Of a DNA stretch of 64,000 nucleotides, positions 48,267-60,800 are shown one piece after another; positions within the stretch are counted from its first letter, which is position 1; each line of letters opens with the position of its first letter. The notes under the pieces were generated by a model that was not told where the DNA came from, ran no database searches, and saw nothing but the letters and a program-made list of their open reading frames with translations. The DNA is from Marsupella aquatica (taxonomy: Eukaryota > Plantae > Marchantiophyta), in assembly GCA_973895155.1 (NCBI GenBank), contig OZ316895.1, positions 11,667,958 to 11,731,957 of the forward strand, given 5' to 3'. The position numbers were made by a program, and so were the translations under genes.

Positions 48267-49432
48267 GTCCTCACTTATTTTCTTTCAACCCATCACTCAC
48301 TAATAAGTATAGGGGTCTTTTCATTGGATTAAGTGGAAGACTCAAAAAACATATGAAAGAACATTAGGGAATTATAAGCAACTATAAGGGATGAGTATTT
48401 AAACCAAATCCCTAATGTTCTTTCATATGTTTTTTGAGTCTTCCACTTAATCCAATGAAAAGACCCCTATACTTATTAGTGAGACTCAAAAAACATATGA
48501 AAGAACTATAAGGGATTAGGGATTTGGTTTAAATAACATCGTCTAGTTGCTTATAATTCTCATATGAAAGAACATATGAAAGAACATTAGGGAGAATTAT
48601 AAGCAACTAGACGATGTTATTTAAACCAAATCTAGAAATATTTAGAATACTCCATAAAGTACGTATAGAAAATAGTATCAACAACTTTTTCTTAGTTTTT
48701 AGCATGTTTATTACTCAAAATTTTTGCATGTGATATCATAAGCCCCTTAGAGTGGGTCCCCAAAGCTAAGGGCCCTCAATCCAAGGGGTGTCCCATATCA
48801 CGCGCAAAGTTTTGGGGGAATAAACACCCTAAAACTTAGGTCAATTAAGTTGTTTTTAAGAATTTGTTGTTAGGATATATCTCTAGTATAACCTATATAC
48901 TTCCATAGTACTAGATAGACTTCAGTAAACTAGGATAACACTAGTTTGAGTTTGAGGTTCCCATGGACCATGGGAGGGGGTATACTCAAGGGGAACACAA
49001 ACTTGTGCTCACACTTGAAGGTTCACTCTAGAGTAGAGAGAGTGAGAGAGTGAGAGGAGGAGCTCTAGCACATTGGCTATGCCGGGTGTAACCCTTTTGC
49101 ATTACTAGATTTCTACGAGGCTTGTGGACATAAACCAAACGGGGTGAACCACGTACTTTTAGTGTCGGAGTATGGATGAATGTTCACACATGTTGATGCT
49201 GTCTCATACGGTCTAGATTTATTTCCCAACATTTTTACCCTTGACTTAAGGAAATATTCTTGGAATATTACCAAATTTGGTTTTTACAAACCCTATGATT
49301 CTGATAATTCTCAAAATTGGATTAAAATAACCCTAATGTTCTTCAACAAAAATTTAAATGTCTTTTACTAAACCCAATAAAACCCCCTATACTTATTCGC
49401 CTATGATGGGTTGGAAAAAAAGAAGTGAGGAC
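48267..49432. mobile_element. Foldback (long-TIR) non-autonomous DNA element with a rearranged left arm and a solo LTR in its right arm
   Basis: Outer arms gtcctcacttattttctttcaacccatca...aataagtatagggg and cccctatacttatt...tgatgggttggaaaaaaagaagtgaggac. Symmetry centre near 48765 (tgtttattactcaaaatttttgcatgtgatat vs atatcacgcgcaaagttttgggggaataaaca). Confidence 0.65.
48868..49231. mobile_element. Solo LTR, copy B (same family as 27834-28254)
   Basis: TGTTAG...CCAACA termini. Flanks tttgt/ttttt match 4/5, consistent with a 5-bp TSD. Confidence 0.7.
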
Positions 49433-52069
49433 CCCTGGCCCCCAAGAGTAATGCTTAGTTGGCATTTAGACTAAGTACTATAGAAATGAGGGACTTTTAA
49501 TATGTATTACAAAGGAGAATGAAAGAAGTTGCACAATATTTCGAATCTCAAGTAAGAGCTCAAGCTCCCGCTTAAGCAAGGTGTGTGAAATTGTGGTGCC
49601 AGTTTTTGTATTCAAAACTAAGACATGATGTCATACTCGGAGAGATCTTTAGTGACTTCCATACTAAAGAAATCTGTTCCTTTTCAAAAGGTTAATTTCT
49701 TGGAAGCTAGCTCAATGTGAGCGATGGGCGGAGCTGTGCAAGCTCATGTGGGTGACTAGGCGGTTTGGGCTCAGCCTGGCCATTTTGTGGGGGATCTTAG
49801 TTTGTCAAATTTCTGTGGGGTGAACATCGTTGTGAAGGGCGTGCAGAGATATTTGGTATGAACTAAGATGCAAGGACAACAAGTGATGTTGAGTGGGAAT
49901 GTTGTCGAGCATAAGTGAGATGGCCAGGGATTCGGATGCTATGGGGAGCTGGCCTGGTATTTGGATTTCAAGGAGTGTGCAGGGTGGGAGAGTGATCAGC
50001 GGGTTGGGTGTCCATCTTATGGTTAGGAAAATATGTCATAATCCAATGGCCGTGGAGACTTCCTACCAGACTGAAATCTTAATTGTAGACAGACCATGAG
50101 AAATGAATGAATACAATTTATTGCATATTATATTATCAAAGATATTATTTAGTGGCTTCGCTTGGGCTCTTTGCATGTTGGGGTGTTGCCTGACTGTGTA
50201 CTTTGTGTCTTGTGGGTGTCCTTGGTCCATGGGATGCACCCAAAATTAATATAAAGTCAAAAATTGAACATCACTAGTGACTTTGGTGAGTAACTAAGAT
50301 GTTACAGCTATGGTGATAGCTTCGGAAATAATCTTCCCATCCTTGTTTTTGTTCACCCTCATTTTAGTTTTGTCTTTATTTAAAATCAATATCAATTTTG
50401 TCTATCCTCAATTAAAGTTTTTTAATTGAGACTTATGATCACTTTTGTCTGAGTGTGTTAAGGGTTACGGTCTAGAGGCTTCACTCTGGACCCTAGGCCC
50501 CTTTAGAGTAGACTTTATTTGTGCTTTTATAGTAAAATGGTGGTTTGTGGGAGCAAGAGGTTATATGTTTTCCTCTAAGTTTGTGCACGTTGCTTGAAAG
50601 AAAAAGTGACCTTGTACAGTAGATCACAAAAAGGCTCATTGGCAAGATGATGTAGCAGTGGGTGCATGTATCCCACTTGTCGAGTGCAAATAAAGTTTCT
50701 GATCTCAAAAATAAAAAATGAAGTAGTAAGAATAGAATTTGAATTCGAAACATGGAAGAATTTAACAAATGCAAACTTTAATGCATTATTTCCCTGGTTG
50801 AGCAAGATGTCAAGAGTTTGTGTAACTTATTCTGTAATCTCTCTATTGTTGGAATAATTAGGTTTAATTGATAGAAATTGATGAATTTAAACTCTGAGTT
50901 ACTGTGTTTTTTGGCAATTAGAAAAAATATTAGAATCCAGATTTTCAAAATATTTTAACCATTTTGATATGGAGACTGATTTCTCAATGTACACGGGTGT
51001 TGAAAGTTAAAAAATGAAATCTAGAGACTCTTTGTTTGTTGGGTTGGGTCTGAAAGCAATATTTTAGAAACGTTTTGCGCAAGCTTTGTGTGAACTGTGA
51101 AACTGTGAGACGAGGTGTTGTAAGTGGCAGAGTAGCCTTGCTGCTACGATCCACTGAGATTTGGTCTCTGTCCCAACGATTTGTCCTAAAAATATTTAAA
51201 AATAAAAAATTAGATTATCAAGGTCAACCTGGATCTTTATAGCCCTCACGATCCCTTCCCTGGTTCCAGCCTAGCACAACAGGGATTGGCAACATAGATG
51301 GGTGCTGATGAAGATACTTTCCATGATCCCTTGATAGAGAAGAGCATTTACGCTTTGACTTAGTTTAGGCACCCACCTCCTGCCCATAGCCAAAAGAACC
51401 AATTCCTAGGACCAGGCCAACACCACAACTAAAGCATACACAAAGCAATTCTACATGCATGTTGAGGAAATTGGCTTTGGGTGAGTGGTGGATGTATCTT
51501 CTGAAGCTTTGACAAGAAAGCCAAAATGGTGATGGGTAGTACATAGCCATTGGCCTGCCCCAGCCACGCCATGGACTTGTGCAGGTGTTGGAGGCCATCT
51601 TCTAAGATTTGTCTTTTCTAAGACAGTGGCAGCACATACCTGTCTTTTCATGCTCTTCCATAGTCCTTGTTGACCATGTACTACAATTGTTTTTGGGGTA
51701 CTAGATGTCACCATGATGCCTTCCCAAACTGAGTGGTGTCATGTTAGTTTTGGGTGTTTGCCAGCTATAATCCAGAAATGAGGATAGAAGAACAAGGGAA
51801 GGGCAAGGAGGGGAAGCAGAGGGGAATGTTCCATGAATAGTCAAACAAGCTATTTTCCAATAGCCCTTTGTTACTTCGGAGCAATCCTGAAATTAATTTG
51901 TACTCAAGAGTGGATGGGCAACAGAGCCTTCCACTGAGGTTTTGATGCCCTCAACTCTTTAAGGGCTAACGGAATAGAATAGTGCCCAAAAGAAGAGCAG
52001 AAAGTCAAACAAGGGCAAAAAAGGGAAGTGGAAGGATATATTTTTACCTTGTTTTCTTCCCTCTGTTGG

Positions 52070-53140
52070 GGCTTATGTATATACATATCACTGCCACAAA
52101 AAACAAGGGTCAAACTGGGAGACAGGATCCCAACACAGGAGATCCAATCCCAATAAAGGGGAGAAAACAAAAGAAAAAGCCCAGGAGAACCAAAGTCCCA
52201 TATAGAGCCCGCCCGCCACCAACCCAACAGGAAACAAAAGCCCTAGTGAGCAAAGGAGAACCTAAGAGCACAAGGGAGAAAATGGGCTGAGGAGAGTGGC
52301 AGGGCAAAACTGGAAAGGCAAAATAATAGGGGCATGAGAGCAATAAAAGGGCCAAGGAAGGACAGAGGGAGGGAAGAGAGCAAACAACTAGGGTAAGGTA
52401 TACATTATTGGATCACTTCCACAAAACAAAATGCTCCAAACTAGGAGACAAGATCCCAAAAGCACGATATCCTATTTCAATAAGGGGAAAAAACATTAGA
52501 AGAACCCCAGAAAACCAAAGCCCCCGCGACAGCAAACTAAAGCCCTAGTGAGCACATGGGAAGAGAATAAGGGAGAGAGGGGGTGGAAATGGGAAGGCCA
52601 AACAACAGGGGCATGAGAGCAAGGGAAGGGCAAAGGAAGGACAGAGGGAGGGCAGCGACCGGCTAGGGTAGGGTATACATTATTGGGTAGTATACATAAC
52701 ATTGCCATAAAACAAAATTGTGCCAAACTAGGAGATAGGAGATCCAATTTCGAAAAGGGGGAGAAAACAATAGGAGAGAACAGGGTATACATTATTGGGT
52801 AGTATACATATCATTGCCATAAACCAAAATGCCCCAAACTAGGCATATCATTAAAACAAAATGTGCCAAACTAGGAGACATGAAATCCAACTTCAAAAAG
52901 GGGAAGAAAGCAATATGGAGAGAACCTAGGAGATCCAATTCCAAAAAGGGGGAGAAAACAATAGAAGAACCCATGAAGACCAAAGTCCCCACAAGAGCAA
53001 ACTAAAAGCCCTACAGTAATGAGCACAAGGGAGGAAAGGGGAGGCAAGGGGCGGAAATGGGAAGGCCAAACCACAGGGGCGTGAGACAAGGGAAAGAAAG
53101 GCAAAGGAAGGAGAGACCGAGAGAGGGAGGGAGGGAACGG
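52070..53140. repeat. Purine-rich degenerate tandem array (~280-330 bp units with internal sub-duplications) upstream of TRN1
   Basis: Recurring blocks gtatacat(t)attggg, caaactaggaga, gatccaat(t)cc, ccaaagtccc, aagccctagtgagca, gggaaggccaaac, ggggcatgagagcaa and aaggaaggacagagggaggg. Confidence 0.75.
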
Positions 53141-53144
53141 CAAT

Positions 53145-53175
53145 GGTAGGGGTAGGGGTAGGGGTAGGGGTAGGG
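53145..53175 (+). repeat. (GGGGTA)n repeat with G-quadruplex potential
   Basis: ggtaggggtaggggtaggggtaggggtaggg: four G4 runs with 2-nt loops. Confidence 0.8.
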
Positions 53176-53310
53176 CATAAGGCCAGGAAAGGGCAGAAGG
53201 GCAAGGGAGGAGCAGAAAAAGGGTAATAAGGGCGTCGTCGTCGTCGTCTCGTCCCCTCTCCTCCCCCCTCCTCTCTTCTCCTCTCCTCTGCGCTGGTGCT
53301 GTTGCGCGTT

Positions 53311-53318
53311 CATAAAAG
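53311..53318 (+). promoter_or_regulatory. Possible TATA-like box of TRN1
   Basis: cataaaag flanked by CT-rich Y-patch sequence, upstream of a candidate leader intron (~53436-54748). Confidence 0.3.
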
Positions 53319-54819
53319 CTTCATACCTGCGCAGACACTCTTTTCCCCCTTCTCCTCCTGAAAACTTGCTGCCGCTGCTGAAGCTGCTGCTGCCTCTCTG
53401 CTGCTCCGCCTCTCAGGGATCCTCCATCCCCGCCTGTACGTACTTTGTTGAACAACAACAGCACTTGTGTACCGCCGCGAGTGGGGTCTTCAGGCTTCAG
53501 CTTTTAGCCTAGACGACAACAGGTCTGGGGCTGCTGCTGGCTGTCTGCTCGGAGTGGTGGAGAGGAAAATTGGGGCACTGAAAATTCCGGTTAAGATAAA
53601 TCGGTGACGAAGAAGGAGGAGAAGGAAGATCGGCGGGGGGCGGAGAGGAAGGAAGTGGATTGCGGCAGTCTCGGATTGTCTTTGTTTGGGGTGGCGTCCC
53701 AGACAGTCAGTCGTCCTGGAGCGGAATAGGGTCGTTCGGTAGATTCATATAGACTGAGAGACAGCCGAGCCCTTCTTTCGTTTTGTGTACCGTATGTAGA
53801 TTTAGTGAGATTTTCATCTCATTGTATAGCAGTGACATTCTAGAGAGGAGAGGTAGAGATAGATAGGTAGCTAGGTAGGTGCTGTAGAGAGTGAGCCACA
53901 GGTAAATAGTGCAAAGGAGAGATAGATAGATGGGCAGGTGGAGAGAGAGGAGCAGAGTGGAGTGAAGGTTTTGATCGAGGTTTCGAATCTATCGAGAGTT
54001 TCGACCTACGTACCGTAGTTTCGTAAATTTCTCAGCGTGGCTGTGGCCTCAGTTTTTGCTTTCGAGGCTAGAGACCATTGAGGTGTGGTCTCATCTGTCC
54101 ACTTCTCACCGAATCTTTTCGTCGTTCCTTCAGTTTTTGTCGCATTTGTTTTTCTGTTTGTACTGCTTCTTCCGTGCTTTCCTACTACTTTGAGAAGTGT
54201 TTCTATGTACTAATCATCATCAGTCAGTTTGCTGCTCATACTCCCCATGTAACGTACACATCTTCCTGGGGATTTTCCTTTCTGGAAAATTTGGTAGGCA
54301 AGTTGTTCCCGACATATTCCTGCTGCTTCCAGCCCACCAGTTCACTACTGATCCCCAACTTCCGCACTCACATCCAATTCGTATGCTCAGCTCCATCGGA
54401 ATGGAGTTGAGGTTTGTTTGGTGCAACTTTTCGTTTTAATCTACCTTCTTGTCCACCTGTACTCCGCTGTATTTGTCTGCAGTTGACCGTTGGTCTCGTT
54501 TTCCTCTCCGCATGCATTGGGATCTCCTCTCCTCTCCTCTCCTCTCCTCGGTTGCATCAGTTCTGAATCCTAGATATATTTAAGCAATTCAAAGCCTCTT
54601 GATGTCTGAAATTCCTGACATCCGTGCACAATACTTTAGGATATCGGTCAGTAATCGTCATCTTCCTCTACCCCACTCGTGAGGCAGAGTGAGATAGTTA
54701 GTGAGAGGGATTGCGGCTACTCCTGTCTTAGCATCTTGACCTGGTCAGGCGCGGGCGGCTTCAGAACCAGAAGGAAGGACGTCGCAAGGACGTTGGAGGA
54801 GGAGGAGTAGGAGGAGGAC

Positions 54820-57800
54820 ATGGCTTCATCTGTGTGGCACGCTGAAGACGCTGGAGTCAAGGAGATTTGTGGGCTGCTTCAGGAGTTTAGACAGCCGAGT
54901 GTGGATCAGACCCGCATATGGCAACAACTACAGCGTGCCAGTCAATTCCCTGACTTCAACAATTATCTTGCCTTCATACTTTGCCGTGCCGAGGTATTTT
55001 TCCGGCGCAATTCTCATGTGCGCTTAAACTTTCAGCTTTACCGATTTTAGGGTTTCGTCGAAACAACATGTGAATCGTGAGTTTCCCTCTCAGGGGGACG
55101 ATTAGGTTGTTCTCCCTGCGGACGATGTAAATCATGGCAATCTGGAAGGATTTGTCCTTGCCGATGTAGGTAGTCTGCCGCGCCTATATTACCTAACAAA
55201 TTTCTAGACAGCACACTCTGGCACACTCGAACCGTATCAGTTGGGAATAATTACTTTTACGATTGAATGATCATTTCGAACATGGCTGCATGCGAGCTAA
55301 TTATTCGCAGCTTTTACAATCGACATCGTAATGCGCTCAAAGTCTTCATGGTTAGCTGTACACAAACTTATCCTGTTACAGACAGGAACAGTGAGGAGGC
55401 CATAATGCTTGATTTTTGTGTCATACTTTATCGCTGGAATGCTCCTTTTGCGTTGTCCTCCTGTTTCTTTGAAACGCTAGGTCAGTGCGTGCTTTGCCCC
55501 TGAATGCTCGGGTATATTGCGCCGGTAGCTTTCATGTTAGCGTCGTTATTGTCGGATTGGATAGGCAGGCTTGGAGGTGGGAGCTGACAAGAAGATTTCA
55601 TCGTTACTTCTCAGGGACACTCTGTTGAAGTAAGGCAAGCTGCTGGCTTGCTGTTGAAGAATAATTTGAAGACCAACTACTCTGCTATTGCTCCTCATTA
55701 TCAACACTACATCAAGGCTGAATTGCTGCCCTGTCTTGGGGCATCTGATAGAAATATCAGGGCTACAGTCGGGACTGTTATTAGTGTCGTTGTGCAACAA
55801 GTTCATGTTCAAGGCTGGCCTGAGATTTTTCAGGCAATCGCGCAGTGTTTGGACAGTAATGACTTCAATCACATGGAGGGTGCCTTGGATGCCCTATCTA
55901 AGGTTTGCTCACTACTGCTTCCCGCTGGAATAACTGCGGTCACCGAGCACTACAGAGGGATTGAACGAAAAGCAAATGAACGTCTCACGGCAGTGAGTTT
56001 GGTCCATAGAGGTTTTGGTGTAAATAAAATGTAGAGCCTCCTGATTTAATCCAAAATCAACCTAAGAAGTTTGTAAGCACAACACCAGATGGTTCTTTAG
56101 AACGGGTTACTGATTGTTACCTTTCTATATTTAGAACTGTAGTAATCTTATGCTCTTTAGCTTTGGTGCTTCAAAACATTGAAAGGTGCGCAGGATTGAT
56201 CTTCACAGATCTCAGGTAGATTCGTGTGTTGTTAGTCAGATGAAAATAATTTTGGTGTTGCTGTTGTGTCCGTAATTTCCTTTGTTTCTGGTCCTGGCCA
56301 CGTATCAGATGGTTTCATTGGCAAGAACTATTTGAACCCCCTGAACTCTTAGGTCCATCCTGGTTGATTTAGTGGGTGTGTAAACATATGAGAACTTGAT
56401 GGAACTTTGAACATGAATGTATTTATTAATTTGTGATTCTAGAAAAGACTGGATGGATCGTAACTTCCTTTTTATCGAATAATGAACTGCAGATTTGTGA
56501 AGATATGCCGGTGGAACTGGATACTGATGTTCCAGGATTATCAGATCGACCCATCAATGTATTTTTGCCACGATTGCTACAGGTCTATTACCGTTCCATC
56601 GTCGAGGACACTTAATTGACCTGTGATTTGAAATCTAATTTGAAGGTCAATGAAATTGAATTTGCTAAGGTTATCATTGTACCATAGGATTTAGCTCTAG
56701 GACGTTCTGATTATAACGCACTTTTGTGTAAGACTGCAGCTGCTAGAGACGGGTTAGAACATGGTAGGTACTGAGTGTGACATTGGAATCTGTCGTTAAA
56801 CTTCACTATGTCGTACTTGGCAGTTCTTCTCGTCACCGCATGTGTCTCTCCGGAAGTTGGCTCTTGGCACTGTGAACCAATTCATTGTCTCCCTGCCAAC
56901 TGTAAGTCATCTGTAAATGTTGCAATACTCACGTTTCCTGTTCGACCTAATTATCGTCTGGCTTGCTTTATTCTCCTAACGATCCTGCTTTCAATTGCAG
57001 GCATTATTTGTCAACATGGATAATTTTCTTCAAGGCCTGTTCTCTTTGGCAGATGACCCTGCTCCTGAAGTTCGGAAACTGGTAATTTCCTTTGTGACCT
57101 ATCTGTTGATTTTTCGTCACAGGTAGTGAACCTAGTACCAGTGTTATCAGGGGCTGTAGAATTAGTTTAGAAATCAGGCCATTTGTTAGCATCCGTCAAT
57201 TCTCTGCCCATATAAATAACTACTGCTGTAGAAACGTTTGACATCTTCAATGCCGAGGAATACTTTGAAAGTTTATGCTCATAAATCCATAACTCATTGT
57301 GCTGCCTGGCATTGGCAGGTATGTGCCGCCTTAGTAGAGCTGCTGGAAGTGCAGCCCAATTTTCTCCAGGTATGGATCTGTTATTGGTGTTATCAGATTC
57401 AATTCCCGTTGGTTCAAGTACACTTCACTGTGTGAATCATTTGCTTTCTACCCAAGGATGCTACTGAATTCTTTTGCCAAATGGAGATGCTGACTCCGTG
57501 GTTTGCTTCTTCTATGCAGCCCCATATAACGAATGTCATCGAGTATATGCTGCAGGCGAATCACGACGTTGACGAGGAAGTCGCCTTGGAATCATGTGAA
57601 TTTTGGTGGGGATTTGGTTCTTGTGCAATATCTATAGAGTCATTTGTTGTCGATGGTGTATTGCATGTCAGTCTATCGACAACTTTGCTTGACGAGTTTG
57701 CTTTAAAGATGCAACCCATTTCCCCGAACTTGTAATCTGCTGTTCATGGTCCGGTTCTTTATTAAGCTACAGTTTAACATCAGAAATGCCAATGTTGACA

Positions 57801-60800
57801 GGTCTGCGTTCTGTGAGGCGCGTCTCTCGCCTGATCTTTTGAGGGAATTTCTGCCCAGGTTGATCAATGTAAGTGGCTTGTGACGCGTGTCCTGTCGAGA
57901 ATTCGTTTTGTCAGAAATCCCATCCGCACGGTGGCGGAATAATCATCGCTTCATTGTGAAGCGACAGTGCATTTGTGCAGATCTGCTGGTATTCATGAAG
58001 TGTTCTCTATCGCATGAAGTTGAATGGCATGCATAACTCTTCTATGCATTGACCAATGTGCTGGGTGCAGGTTCTTTTGTCAAATATGGCCTACGCTGAT
58101 GATGATGAAGCGTTAGTTGACGCAGATGTAAGCAAACATGGTTGCTTGTGAGTAGCTTCAGTGTTGAATTTGGTCTGCAGTGAAAGAAGACGTGCTATGT
58201 CTGACCTCTCCTATCTTCAGAAGTTTGAGGGTGCAGTTTGTTTTGGGAAAAAATTGAAGTGGTTGTTGGGATTGTGGGTTCATTGTTACAGGACGATGAA
58301 AATGGACCCGACAGGGACCAGGTATGTAAATGGTTTGTCCAATAGGATTGACATGTTCCAGTTACGAACTGGCAGTGTTGCTACTACTCTTTAATGTTGG
58401 GCCTGAATTGATTGCTAAGCTTATGGCCTTCTTATCGTTGGTATCTTGATTGATCTTTTCTTGTTATTTTCCAGGATCTGAAACCTCGTTTCCATCAATC
58501 TCGCCTACATGGTACTGACGGAACTAACGAAGAAGATGAGGTTTGTATTAGAGTTTGAGCTGTCTTCGCATTGAGTTCTTGAAATGGAAAAATATATTCC
58601 AAGTTCAGCCTGCTTTGCAGAGCCTTAAGTTGGTACGTTTTTTCGCAGGAAGATGATGATATAATTAACTCATGGAACTTGCGAAAGTGTAGTGCTGCTG
58701 GTTTGGACATCTTGTCAACTGTATTCGGGGATGAGCTCCTTCCCGTTCTTATGCCTCTTGTTCAGGTGTGCAGTCTGATTTGTGCTTTCAGATTGTTTGT
58801 TCGGAGCTGCTGTCTTCAGTGCGTGCCAGCAGTTAGATTTTCAATTTTTGAAGGATCTTAAGCTTGTTTTTACTGATCTGAGGGATTACTAATTATATTT
58901 GTTATGTTGGGCAGGCGAAGTTGTCTCAAAATACAGATACAGCCTGGAAGGCAAGAGAGGCTGCTGTGTTGGCCTTGGGGGCCGTTGCTGAGGGTTGCAT
59001 CAATGGCCTTCTTCCTCATTTGTCCCAGGTTTGGCGCCTGTTCCCTCCCTCTCCGCTTTGAGGCCGAAGTTACTTATGGTTCCAAGCTGCCTTGGGCAAT
59101 TACTTCTGGAGTTCTGGAGCTGAAAGTATTACCTACTTCATCTACGGTGCAACATTCTATGCTGTTTTTTGGGGGCAAGTCGTTCATGTCGGGTTTGGCT
59201 CAAATACGAATACCTGTGGCGTATTCTCTTAATCCTAATAGCTTGTGGGCATGTGCAGATTGTTGCGTTTCTTGTCCCCTTGCTGGAGGATAAACGTCCG
59301 CTTGTACGAAGTATTACATGCTGGACTTTGTCACGCTACAGCAAGTGGATTGTGCAGGTGATCCTTGGGGACACGTGCATAGTAATTGGGTGCTCTTAAG
59401 AGTCTCTGATCGAACAGAAAATATCTCCTTCATATGTTTTCTTTCACTTTGAGCTATCAGTGGATAGAGAATGCTGTCGATGGTTTTACTTCATGTAAAC
59501 GAGCAAATATGCGTCTAATCTCGGTGTGATGGCATGATTTACTCCAGGCTGTTGGACATCCTGATGGGCATGCACAATTTGACAACGTGCTGACAGGGTT
59601 ACTTCGGCGCATTCTTGACAGCAACAAGCGAGTCCAAGAGGCTGCTTGTTCTGCATTTGCCACTCTTGAAGAGGTAAAGGCGATTTGTTCCCGTTCATTC
59701 TGGAATATGTTCATTCGTCGTTTTGTGATAATATCTCTTTCTTGTGCCAATCTGGTTCTCTGATATTCAGTGAAATGTCTGTCTTTGATCTTGAACGTGC
59801 AGGAGGCTGCAGAAGAATTAGCGCCACGTTTGGAGCTGATATTGCAGCACCTAATGTTTGCCTTTGGTAAATATCAGGTACGTTCGAGATCTGTCTTACT
59901 TGTCGTCAGTGGTTGCGAGAATGAGGGTTTTACCCTTAGCCGGTCTTGTGTGTCACTTTTTCCAACTATGCTTCTCTACCCCAATCAGCTGAGATTGTAT
60001 TACTTCAACTAGATTGAGGCATTGTTGCAGTTACTTTTAAACGCAGATCTTCGTTTTTGTTATATATATATTGCAATGGAAATTTTATCATTAGAAAATT
60101 GCTTGATTTGGCCAATTTTTGCGCCGTGGGGAATTTTGTAAATTGATGCGATTGCTTCTCTTCTTCTCGCTCCCTCTGATGCAGCGAAGAAATTTAAGGA
60201 TCCTCTATGACGCCATTGGTACATTGGCAGACGCAGTAGGCTCAGAACTGAATGAGGTGAGAATGAAGTTTATTTTCTAGGTACACTAACAGTTCTGTTA
60301 TTACAGTATTGCCCTCAAGTTCTGGAGTGGACATTGTTGCCAACATTGCATCATGATTTATGATTTTGGTGCCTGAAAAATCTTGTTCCTGAAAAATTGA
60401 TGGTCTCGAATCACTTCAACAAGTTTTTGAAATTGAACGAATTGTGGAAACTTATCTTGGCTGCCTCAAGTTGACTGTCCCAGATTATGACACTCATTCC
60501 AATTAACAATAACACGTGTTTTTCAGGTTAAGTATCTGGAGATCTTGATGCCACCCTTGATAAACAAATGGCAGCAGTTGCCTGATTCGGACAAAGATTT
60601 GTTTCCACTCCTCGAGTGCTTTACGTCAATAGCACAGGTTAGAAATATGGCATCCTGGACCTTTATTAATGTCCGTTGTTACTTGCCTACTGCTTAAAAT
60701 CTATACCTTGGTTTACAGTTTTGGGCTGGAGGTACTTTCAGTGCCAATCTGATGGCGTGGCAGTATTCTACTTATGGTTTAAACGAGTTGGTTTGGTAGA

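Noticed and set aside
27834-49231. Giant LTR element that captured the MOS1-like gene
   Set aside because: Each LTR has its own TSD-like flanks, no PBS or PPT is visible, and the gene retains its introns.
51290-51790. Possible pseudogene fragment on the minus strand
   Set aside because: Coding-like composition, but no family could be recognised by eye.
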